A stretch of 63,957 bases of DNA, the filler included, from Thraustochytrium aureum (lineage: Eukaryota): NCBI GenBank assembly GCA_012862495.1. It is 5 parts of 4 records of this genome, joined end to end, with 100 filler letters (N's around TTAATTAATTAA, not from the genome) between each part and the next. Parts side by side here need not be neighbours in the genome. Positions count along the whole stretch, not along the records: positions 1 to 27,449 come from BLSG01000081.1; 4 more parts are not named here. One strand, 5' to 3'. The position numbers and the translations under genes were made by a program. The notes under the pieces are model-generated. The model saw only the letters and a list, made by a program, of their open reading frames with translations. It was not told the origin of the DNA and did no database searches. Positions 1 to 10,333 of the stretch are shown here, piece after piece; position 1 is the stretch's first letter, and the number at the start of each line of letters is the position of its first letter.

Positions 1-5
1 CCGAA

Positions 6-488
6 ATGCTGGACGACGGCGACCTGGTGATCAAATCCTGCGGCTGCCTGCTCCTGAGCGTGATCGCAGCAGTAGGGGCCGACCTAAACGAGTCATTCGT
101 CGGCACCGAAGTTATTGACGGCGTGCTCGAGGCAGTGCAGGTGCACAGCGACAACATCCTGTTTCGTTCCGTCGCGCTCAACGCTCTTGCATATCTGGCG
201 CAGGGGAGTGTTGAGGGAGCAGCCGTCATCAAGGCAACCGAGGCGCCCGACCTCGCCATCGACATGATGCGCTCGTACCCAGAAAACCGCCAGGCGCAGG
301 TTTGTGCGATGAAGCTGCTTGCGGCGCTCTCGCAGAACGACGCGGCTTTCCGGACGACCTTGGCCTCCTCAGGCGTGGACGACATGGCCAAGCAGGCGCG
401 CAAGTCGTTTGGCGCCAACTCGGACGTGGGGCTCGCCGCGCGCTCGCTGCTGGTCAAGGGCAAGGGCAAGAGCTGCCGTGTCATGTAG
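6..488 (+). CDS. Armadillo/HEAT-like repeat protein, C-terminal part (probably starts before the window), ending in a polybasic CaaX box
   Basis: ARM-like helical repeats (VIDGVLEAVQVHSDN..., LAIDMMRSYPENRQAQVCAMKLLAALS); ends KGKGKSCRVM*. Confidence 0.65.
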   Translation: MLDDGDLVIKSCGCLLLSVIAAVGADLNESFVGTEVIDGVLEAVQVHSDNILFRSVALNALAYLAQGSVEGAAVIKATEAPDLAIDMMRSYPENRQAQVCAMKLLAALSQNDAAFRTTLASSGVDDMAKQARKSFGANSDVGLAARSLLVKGKGKSCRVM

Positions 489-1987
489 CTTGCCTGCGCG
501 TTGCATCGATCAACAACAATCGTGATGGTGAGTAAAGTAACTCCAATGATAGATCTCTCGTGTGTCCTCCTTGCCCCAGCGCGCGACCCGAAGAACACCG
601 CCTCTGGCGCCGCCCGCGCGCGCAAGGCGTCGTCGCCACGAAGCTCATTGGCGCGGCCCACGCGACGCACGGCGGTCTCGAGATGAGCATCGTTCGTCCA
701 TCGCGTGGTGTGGGTTGCCCGTCCACAGACTCGATCGTCCCAAGTTGTTGCCAACCAACGACTTGTTCAAAAGTCAAAAAATTGAAAGCAAAGATCTGCC
801 ATGGAACAGAGTCGCATCGAGCATCGGCGCCAGCGGCCCGCGGCGCTCTGCGCGCATCTTGCGCGCGTAGCGCGTGCGTCCTTCGCGTGCGTTCTCTGCG
901 CGCGTCGCGCTACGCCCCGAGGCGCCCTGCGGTCGGTCCTGTGGGAAGCATTGCGTTGGGCGCGCTTTGCTCCGCGGCCGCGAGCCTGGCCGCCCGCTCG
1001 GCGTGTCGCGGGCGGGCCGCGTGGCGGGCTCGCTCGCGCGAAAAGCATCTCGCTCAGGACCTCGAGGGCGACTCGCCTGGCTGGCTGGCTTTGCTGGATG
1101 TCGCATTGGTGGCTCGCCTGCCTGCCCGCCTGCCCGTCCGCCAACGNNNNNNNNNNNNNNNNNNNNNNNNNNNNNNNNNNNNNNNNNNNNNNNNNNNNNN
1201 NNNNNNNNNNNNNNNNNNNNNNNNNNNNNNNNNNNNNNNNNNNNNNNNNNNNNNNNNNNNNNNNNNNNNNNNNNNNNNNNNNNNNNNNNNNNNNNNNNNN
1301 NNNNNNNNNNNNNNNNNNNNNNNNNNNNNNNNNNNNNNNNNNNNNNNNNNNNNNNNNNNNNNNNNNNNNNNNNNNNNNNNNNNNNNNNNNNNNNNNNNNN
1401 NNNNNNNNNNNNNNNNNNNNNNNNNNNNNNNNNNNNNNNNNNNNNNNNNNNNNNNNNNNNNNNNNNNNNNNNNNNNNNNNNNNNNNNNNNNNNNNNNNNN
1501 NNNNNNNNNNNNNNNNNNNNNNNNNNNNNNNNNNNNNNNNNNNNNNNNNNNNNNNNNNNNNNNNNNNNNNNNNNNNNNNNNNNNNNNNNNNNNNNNNNNN
1601 NNNNNNNNNNNNNNNNNNNNNNNNNNNNNNNNNNNNNNNNNNNNNNNNNNNNNNNNNNNNNNNNNNNNNNNNNNNNNNNNNNNNNNNNNNNNNNNNNNNN
1701 NNNNNNNNNNNNNNNNNNNNNNNNNNNNNNNNNNNNNNNNNNNNNNNNNNNNNNNNNNNNNNNNNNNNNNNNNNNNNNNNNNNNNNNNNNNNNNNNNNNN
1801 NNNNNNNNNNNNNNNNNNNNNNNNNNNNNNNNNNNNNNNNNNNNNNNNNNNNNNNNNNNNNNNNNNNNNNNNNNNNNNNNNNNNNNNNNNNNNNNNNNNN
1901 NNNNNNNNNNNNNNNNNNNNNNNNNNNNNNNNNNNNNNNNNNNNNNNNNNNNNNNNNNNNNNNNNNNNNNNNNNNNNNNNNNNNNNN

Positions 1988-2134
1988 CTGATGGATACGT
2001 TCGAGGCCGCGCAAGCAAGTCTGGACCCCTTTGGGCAAGACGCCGTAGCAAGTGCCACCGCAAAGCTTGACATCATCGGCTACGAGGGTTCTCCCAAGGC
2101 GCCGCACGAGCTTTGCGAGCGGGAGGCGTTCTGA
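1988..2134 (+). CDS. 3' end of an unknown coding region; the rest lies in or before the N gap
   Basis: Open, protein-like frame LMDTFEAAQASLDPFGQDAV...EREAF* emerging from the gap; no family recognised. Confidence 0.35.
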   Translation: MMDTFEAAQASLDPFGQDAVASATAKLDIIGYEGSPKAPHELCEREAF

Positions 2135-2415
2135 GCGGGCGCGGATGACCCGCCTCTCGTGCATGTTACCTAGCCCGGAGCGTTGTTGCGCAGGCCCTCG
2201 AGCTCTGCCCACGCGCCTCCGAATGTAGTCAACGGCCTTGGCGCGCGCGCGCCAGCCACTCAACCCCAGCCACCTCGAAAAGAAAAAAAGGTCAAATTGG
2301 AAGCCAATATTCCGGTGAGTAGGTCGGGAGCTACGGAGGCGCGAGCATCCCTTTGCGCCGAGGCCCTGTCTTTGCACCTAGTGCGGCCATGCAAACGACG
2401 GCTGGAAAAGGCCGC

Positions 2416-3240
2416 TCACTCCACCTTGGACTTGGCCCCACCGGCAGCGCTCGGCTGCGGGATCTTGGGAACCAGCATCGTGAGGACCACCCCAACCACA
2501 AAGTAGGCGCCACCGAGGCCGCGCGCGAGTTCGAACGGGACGCGACCGAGCGCCCCTGAAGCGCCGACGAGCGAGGCACGCACGAAACTCAACTTGCCGA
2601 GCGTTCGCACCGCCCGCGCATCCCCTGAAAACCCGGCCCAAAGAAACCCTACAGCCGACCCGCTCAGGACACTGAGAAGCAGGTCAAAGTACACAGACGT
2701 GCCCGCCCCGAGCGGGGGAAGCCCAACGAGCCCGGCCTGCTCGAGCAGAGGATTGCCGTGCTCGATTGCGAGCTCCGGGGACGCGAGGAGGCCGCCTCCA
2801 AGAGCGAGCGTGATGAGAACGGAGACCCATAGGTTGGTTGAGGAGGCAGAAAGAAAACACCACAGCCCAAGAACAACGTCGTTGCCGGCGGGGATCGAGA
2901 GCGCGTTGGGCAACAGCTTCTTGGACACACCAGCATGGATGGCGAGCCCGACAGCGATGCGCGCGGCCGCGGTCACTTTAGCCGGCCCGCGCGCGTCTTG
3001 GTGAATCGTGCTCAGGTAGTACGCCGTGAACGACAAGAGCAGAGCGCCAAAGAGCGTGGCCCACACGATGCCATCCTCCGCAAGAGGGCGCTCCGACGCC
3101 GGCAGCCAGCTCAGCGCCAGGTCGGCCACCTCGCTGGCCGGGTCGTCAAGCCCAAGTCGCATAGCCGCAGGCGCAATCTCTAGGCCGCCCACGATTATCG
3201 CCACGACGCACGCCAGCAGCGACGCCTTCGGCACGCCCAT
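2416..3240 (-). CDS. Multi-pass membrane protein (about 8 hydrophobic segments) with a C-terminal KxKxx ER-retrieval motif
   Basis: ATG at 3240 (MGVPKASLLACVVAIIVGG); alternating hydrophobic helices; ends AKSKVE*. Confidence 0.7.
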   Translation of the reverse strand: MGVPKASLLACVVAIIVGGLEIAPAAMRLGLDDPASEVADLALSWLPASERPLAEDGIVWATLFGALLLSFTAYYLSTIHQDARGPAKVTAAARIAVGLAIHAGVSKKLLPNALSIPAGNDVVLGLWCFLSASSTNLWVSVLITLALGGGLLASPELAIEHGNPLLEQAGLVGLPPLGAGTSVYFDLLLSVLSGSAVGFLWAGFSGDARAVRTLGKLSFVRASLVGASGALGRVPFELARGLGGAYFVVGVVLTMLVPKIPQPSAAGGAKSKVE

Positions 3241-3778
3241 CGTGGTGTCGTGGATACCGATGGAGGCGCCTGGAATGCCAACACGCAAGCGCGACGCCCG
3301 TCCCCACTCGAGCCCTTCTTGCTGGTGCTGCTGGTGCTGGTGCTGGTGCTGCTGGTGCAGACGGTCGCCGAAGGACGCCGCGATGCGCGGTCTGGGCGCG
3401 TCAGGCGACTGCCACGACAGGGGGAGAGAGAGCACTGGCAGGGGCGGATCGGGGCGGGTTGGGGAGAGAGGTGCTCGTTGTTCGCGATCCTGGCGCTGGC
3501 GCGTCAAGCAAGGACGGTGGTCGAGTTGCGGCTGTTATCTACTCTCGAGTATGTAGCTGTGGCTGTTGGCGGCGAGCAACGCTTCACCGCGGACACGCAC
3601 GAAAACTGCCGGCGCGGTGGGGGGATGCGGCGTGCTGGCGCTTGGCGAGGCCAGTGACGCCAAACAGACACCAGGCACTCGACCGACCCACTCTCGGTCC
3701 AGCAGCAACCCCAAAGCCGCTACCACGCCTTAAAGCCGCTACCACGCCTTTGCCACCAGCCACGCAGCGCTCCCAGCT

Positions 3779-5250
3779 CTAAAGCAAGTAGTCAGGGGTG
3801 CGGCGCGTGACGTGGGGCTCGCCCCTCCTAGGCGCCGGGTCGAACGACAGGAACGAGTACCCGAGGCGCTCGTCCACCTCGAGGATGGCAGCCTGGTTCC
3901 CGCACCGGTAGCAATAGTTGGGCGCAGAGAAAATTGTCACCACGTGCTTGTCGTGCGACCAGTTGAAGCCCTCCATGACAAGCTGGTGGGCGCGCGTCAC
4001 GAGCACGAGCCCGTTATTGTGGTTGAATTGCTTGGAGATGTCTGCCCCGAAAGTGTAGCCGGCCCCTCGCGGGCTGATGCCCCAGCCGCTGCGGTCGTCC
4101 GGATCAGACCAGAGGAGGTCGCACATTGGACCCTCGTGCCTGCGCGCAGCGACGTTGGCGGTTAGAACGAGGCCGGAGCACGGTCTCGGGAGCGAGCGAG
4201 CGAGCGGCACTTACGGCACCTCCTGGACGCGATCAAGCGCGCGCACGTTGTCCAGATAGTCGATTGACGGGCTGAGGCCGCCGTGCAAGCCGAATACCTG
4301 GTTCTCAATCAGGGCTGTAAGCGGCAGGTAGTCGAACAGGTCGGTGAAGTATTTCCACACGTTGGNNNNNNNNNNNNNNNNNNNNNNNNNNNNNNNNNNN
4401 NNNNNNNNNNNNNNNNNNNNNNNNNNNNNNNNNNNNNNNNNNNNNNNNNNNNNNNNNNNNNNNNNNNNNNNNNNNNNNNNNNNNNNNNNNNNNNNNNNNN
4501 NNNNNNNNNNNNNNNNNNNNNNNNNNNNNNNNNNNNNNNNNNNNNNNNNNNNNNNNNNNNNNNNNNNNNNNNNNNNNNNNNCGTTGGCGTTCCCGTACTT
4601 GCGAAGGCACTCGTCGTAAAACCCATACACTTGGGTGATCTGGCGGCCTGCGGCGAGCGAGTCCGCGTCAGCTGGCGCTTGGGGTCGAAATGGGGGCAGG
4701 CAGTCGAGCGGACGGAAGGGCCCACGCGGGCGCGCCGCGGAGCGAACACTCGCACAGCCACCCGTGTTGCTATGCAAGCGCCTGGCACGGCGAGGCGTGC
4801 GCAAGAAAGACTTACTCTCGTGGTTGCCCCGAAGGATGTACACGCGACGAGGGAACCGAACCTTGAGGCAGACCAGAAGCGTGACGGTCTCCACACTGTA
4901 GTAGCCACGGTCTACGTAGTCACCAAGAAAGAGATAGTTGGTGTCGGGCGTCTTGCCGCCGATGCGGAACAGCTCCATCAGGTCGTGAAACTGGCCGTGG
5001 ATATCCCCGCACACCGTCACCGGCGCGCTCACAGGTTGCACCTGCTCTCCGGCGCCCAGCCCAGCGTTAGCGAACCGCGCGACTCCCGCGCCAGCCGGCC
5101 CCAAGCCGCCTTCTCACTCACGTTCGACTCCTCGATCAGCACCTCGCGGGCCTTATCCGTCAGCGCCTTGACATCATTCTCCGCGAGCGCGGTGCACGAC
5201 AGCAGCTGCTCGATCCACTTGTCCAGCCCAGCAAAGCTAACATTCTCCAT
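3779..5250 (-). CDS. PP2Ac: Serine/threonine protein phosphatase 2A catalytic subunit; introns 5121-5042, 4815-4648 and 4214-4140; N gap inside exon 3
   Basis: [39 protein letters not shown] and [11 protein letters not shown] motifs; C-terminus [20 protein letters not shown]...CAG introns restore the frame exactly. Confidence 0.97.
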
Positions 5251-6485
5251 CTCCGCGTCCCGCACCGGCTGCACGCCAGCGGCCGTCCCGCACCGCCGCT
5301 CGCTCGCCCGCGCGCCCACCGTTCAAGCAGCCCAAGCGCCCGCCCAAGCTAGCAGTTGTACTCGTTGTTGTGGTTTTCGAAGCCGCCCCCAACCCGCAGC
5401 CAGCCGCGCACCAGGCCCGCACGAAAAGCAGCCGCGCGGCGCGCAACTCCCCCTGCCGCTGCTGCGCCCGCTGCGCCCGCTGCCGCGCCTGGAAGCTGTA
5501 GCTAGCCCTGCCGCGCGCCGCCCGCTGCTCGCGCACTTGCTCGCTTTGCTGGTCTGCCCTGCGCCCAACACAATCGAAGCGAGATCAATCGGCAATTAAT
5601 CGGCAATCAATCGATCCGTTAATCGCCGCGCGGCCCTCCCAACGAAGGAGGGAAGGAAGGAACTTGAAGGAACTTGAAGGAAGGAAGGAGAGGAGTGGAC
5701 GGAGTGAGCGGATTGAGAGGAGAGAAGCCCGCCCTCTGCACGAGGAGAGCGCGCTCTGTGAGGAGCAGGATGTCTCCTTTTCAAAGTTTGAGCTGTTTCT
5801 GTTCTGCGTTCTGAAGAAGATTTGCTGGTTCGTTTTGTTCCGCGGGATGCCGTGTGGGAGGGGAGAGGTGCGCGAGATGTGAGGTGAGTTGCGCTTTTTG
5901 CTTGGATTTTTGTTGCTTCTCTCTCAGTGCGTGTGGGAGCGAAGGAAGGAAGAAGGTGGTTGTGCGAAATGAACGAAAGGAGCTACATTTTGTTCTTTGT
6001 GTTCTTTTGTTCGTCGTATCCTGTGCTCCTTTGTTCGTCGTATCTTTTTCCTTGAATTTTCATTTTTGTTGGATGAAGAAATTCAAATCAAAAGGCGACA
6101 GACTCGCGAGAGAGTAACGTGAGCGGTGGAGAGCATCGCGACTCGCGAGCAGAGTCCAGCGCAGCGCAGGGCGCCCAACGCAGTGCATGCAAAGCAGCAG
6201 CGCCGGCTCGGATCTGCGGCCATACGAGAAAAACTGGTGGGCACCGCTCCAACACCGGGACGGGTCTCGCTCGACTCGCGTCTCTCGCCCCGCAACGCAA
6301 GCACATGTCGACGCCGACGACGATGGGCGTCGTTTTTCCCACTCGGCCTGCTGGCGACGCTTTGGAAAACTAAGCAACCTCGCGGTCCAAAAGGGTCGCG
6401 TGGCCTGCCTCGCCGGAGTCGCCACACTTGTCCAACGTCGACCGCCGTCGGGCGAAGCTAGGCCATGCGCAGAAATGCAGGGTCA

Positions 6486-9400
6486 TCACGGACCGCCCTT
6501 GGGGAAGTGGGCGGCTATGTACGGGGAGAGGCTGGACCAAACCCCCGGGGCGGCCGCCAAGGCCGGGCCCCGAGGCGCGAGTCCAGAGAATCCAGAACGC
6601 AGCCGCGCAGCCGATCGGGCAACACGGCCCCAAGCGCGCAGCACCCGCTTCAGCACAGCTCGATCACGCAGAACGCACGACAGAACTGAAATCTGCCCCA
6701 GATGAAAGGAACCCGCAAGCGCGCGCGCCTGCGCCTCTGAGCACGTTGCGCCAAGCACGTCCAAACAGTGGTAGCGCAAGCGAACCGATACTCGGGCGAG
6801 CTGACGCCACCGGCGCACCACCCCAGCGACAACGCGTGACTCGTGCCAGCGCGCAGCAGTGCGGATGTCCAAAGGCAGCCGCAGGTTTCGAAACGAGGCC
6901 AACTTCCAGGCATGGAGGGCCCTCGCGAGTCGCGCCGTGTCCGCATGCGCGGCGGCCATCCTAACGACGAGACCCTCTGAACGCGAGGCGCAGTACACCT
7001 CCTCCCAGGCCTGAAACGCTCGCGAAAGAAGAGCCGACCGGCGAAACGCTGCCGCCGTCGCAACCGCCTGCCGCGAGAACCGGCCCTCGGCCGTCACCGA
7101 GCGCCATGCTGCTAGAGTGCGCCGTAGCTGGCCGTCTTGAACGGAGAGCCGGTGCCAAACCCACTGGGTTGCGGCCGCGTGCCAAGCGTCGAAGCATAGT
7201 CGCACATCTTTTTGGGCCAGTACTCGGGCGTAGGCATCGGCCAGCCGCGCGCCGCCGCACACGAGATGAGCCCACGCACCAAACGCGCGCCGCCTCAAAT
7301 GTGCCGCTCGAAGGCCGGAAACCATCGTCTCACCCACCCGGCTTTCAGCCCGCTCTCGCGCGAAGCGGCGCCACGAGGCCACAGAGCGCCGAAGGAGAGA
7401 CTGTGCGCTCTGTAGATTGGCCAGGTGGGCCTGCGCTTCTCGCCGCCGCCGAGAGATCGCCAGGGAAAGCAGCGCGTCGATTCCGCGCTGACCCTGGCGC
7501 CGGACCCAGTGCTCCCCACCGACGCGCTTCTGCTTCGCCAACTTGGATACGAGCGACCAATGTCGTAAAGCGCGACGAGTCACTTGGAGCTCGCGCAGCA
7601 CGACAGCGTCCCTCTTGCGGCCCCGGTCCAGTACAAGCTCAGNNNNNNNNNNNNNNNNNNNNNNNNNNNNNNNNNNNNNNNNNNNNNNNNNNNNNNNNNN
7701 NNNNNNNNNNNNNNNNNNNNNNNNNNNNNNNNNNNNNNNNNNNNNNNNNNNNNNNNNNNNNNNNNNNNNNNNNNNNNNNNNNNNNNNNNNNNNNNNNNNN
7801 NNNNNCCTCCCGCTGGTATCGCCACTGGTCGGCGATTGCCAAGAGGCGGCGCTGCCTCGCGCTTGACGCGGCCGCCTGCCTGAGCTGGCGCAAGGCGGCC
7901 GTTTTTCGCCGAACAAGACCCGCGACGGCACCCCGCCGCGCGGAGATCTTGAGAGCCGCAAACTTGAACCAGCGCTGGAAGGCGCGTAGCTGCAGCCGGA
8001 TGTCAAAGACCAGCTGGGCACCCTCGAGCTGCAGCTTGTACTGCTGCTCGTCGCGAAGAGCGGACCGCCACAGTCGCAGCGCCCGGGTCGCCAGCGCGCG
8101 AGCAGCAAGCTCCTGAACCCGCCGCGCTGCACGCGCCATCACTACGTTGCGTCGCAGAGTTCGCATCCCTTTGCGCAGGCCAGCATCGCGAAACTGGAGC
8201 TCGGCCGCCTGGAGGCCGACTTGCTTGAGCGCCCGAAGCTCGACGCCTTGCCGCCACCCAGCAAAGCAGCGGGCCGCAAGCCAAGCCCAGTACCACTGCG
8301 AAGCCTTCCTGTACCTGGAGCGAATCCTGCGTGCAGATCGTGCGTTTTCGCTCAGCCTTTGCAACGCACGGTGCTTGCGCTCGATGCAAAAGTATGCCTC
8401 GCCCACAACCAGCAGCTGGCGCTCGCGCTTCGCGCGCTTCGCGATGTCGGCCCAGACCGCAAAGCAGCGGAACTCGAGCCGCAGCCGGTGGGTGCGCACG
8501 GCAATGTAGCTGTTTTGCCAGTGGCGAAATATTGCCGCCCGCCTCCGTCCGGCGACCGTGGCGGCAGCGGCAGCTGTGCGCGCCTTGCGCTGCCAAAGCT
8601 TTTGCCATCGGATGAAGCACCGGGCCACAAGCCGGTTTTGCGCTAACAATGCATCTCTAACGCGGAGCTCGTCGCGAGCCCCACCAGGGGCGCGTGGGTT
8701 CGGCGACGGAGCATGCGCCGCGTACTCAAAGGGTAACGCCAGGGACGGGCCCTGCTCGCTCACAGGGCTCCACGCGCCGCGCGTTGAGAGCGGGGAGGCG
8801 GTTGCCGTCCCGCGCGAGTTGTGCGCGAGGTAAGGCACAAAGTGGCCAGACACGTCAACGCCGGCGAGCGCCGCAGCTGACTGCTTTTGGCCCGGCACGG
8901 CCTCGCGCCCCTTGTGCAGCTGCCATCGCCGAATGGCCGCGGCGAGGCTCTGCTTGGTGGCGCTGACGGCCTCGCTCTGACTTTGCTCGTTGCTCTGACT
9001 TTGCTGGTTGCTCGCGTTGACGGCGGCCTTGGTCGGCCGGATCCACTCAGTGAGCGGCTGCGCTCCCCGCGGGGGGCCGCCTCTATAGGGGGTTGGGGTG
9101 CCGCTTAAGGCGTCATCCTCGCTGTGCTCCCACGACTCGTCGCGGGGTTGCACCGAGCTCCGCAGAGGCGACTTCCCTAAGAGACCTGCTTCAAAGGCTT
9201 GGCGCTCCGCCAGCTCGTCTTCGTCCGAGCCGCCCTCGCCATCCGAGCCCACGTACTGGCTTTCGCCCCCCGCGCCTTCCGGCTCAGATCGTGCCGCGGA
9301 CCTGTACGTTTCGCCGTCCCACGCGGCATTCGCCCGCACGCCGTTGATGCCGCCGTTGTCCTGGTGGTGGGCCAGCCCCGCGCTCTGGCCTGAAACCGAC

Positions 9401-9771
9401 GCCTGGCTATAAACCGACCAAGCAGACGCCTCCATCTGTTGTCGGGCAAGCGGATCGTNNNNNNNNNNNNNNNNNNNNNNNNNNNNNNNNNNNNNNNNNN
9501 NNNNNNNNNNNNNNNNNNNNNNNNNNNNNNNNNNNNNNNNNNNNNNNNNNNNNNNNNNNNNNNNNNNNNNNNNNNNNNNNNNNNNNNNNNNNNNNNNNNN
9601 NNNNNNNNNNNNNNNNNNNNNNNNNNNNNNNNNNNNNNNNNNNNNNNNNNNNNNNNNNNNNNNNNNNNNNNNNNNNNNNNNNNNNNNNNNNNNNNNNNNN
9701 NNNNNNNNNNNNNNNNNNNNNNNNNNNNNNNNNNNNNNNNNNNNNNNNTCATCCTCAGCCGTCAACTCCAT
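6486..9771 (-). CDS. SFI1: Sfi1-like centrin-binding protein, interrupted by two N gaps; 3' end uncertain
   Basis: Many Arg-rich repeats ending F/L-x-x-W (LVARCFIRW, LEFRCFAVW, LAARCFAGW, LRAFQRW, RRAFGAW, RLCFDAW, SRAFQAW, RALHAW) after a disordered N-terminus starting MELTAED at 9771. Confidence 0.75.
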
Positions 9772-10333
9772 CGCCGAGCGTCCGGGACTGAGCGCCGGGC
9801 GCACGGGGGTCGGGCGCGCGTGTGCGCCTGCTCGCGCGCCGCAGAGGCAGGCGCTGGGACGCGCCCGTGCGCGCGCGTTGGGCGACTGGCGGGCGCCTCG
9901 CGCAACTGTCAAAAAACCCGTTCGTTCGATCGATCTATCCGCTCGGGTCCACGACGTCGGGCTCGTCCATGGCCCTCGCCGCTCGCCGCTGCGGGCGCTT
10001 GCTGCGCCGGCGGCAGAGGATGACTGCGGCTGCGCTGCGCCGGCCGTCTGCTGCGCGCGCGGTGAACGGCGAGCGGTGCGTGGGATTGGGGATTGGGATG
10101 GCGCTCGCGCAGGTGTCGCCGCTCCCGACGCGCTGCTCGGCTCGCGACGCGGCGGCGGTTTCAGGAAGCGGTGGGCGCTCGCGAAACAGATTTCAGGGCG
10201 TGCTACTTGGAAAGCCTGCCTGGGCGTGAGCAAGAGCAAGCGCTTCTTTCGTTGGGAACACCGCAAAGTACCTACGCGTGAAGACTTCTTTTGACGGCTC
10301 CACGAGCCCACGGCTACTCACGGCCCTCTCGAG

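Noticed and set aside
4360..4590. Large insertion or intein in PP2A at the gap
   Set aside because: Both flanks share ccaacg and join to give canonical YGNANVWKYF; no coding sequence is missing.
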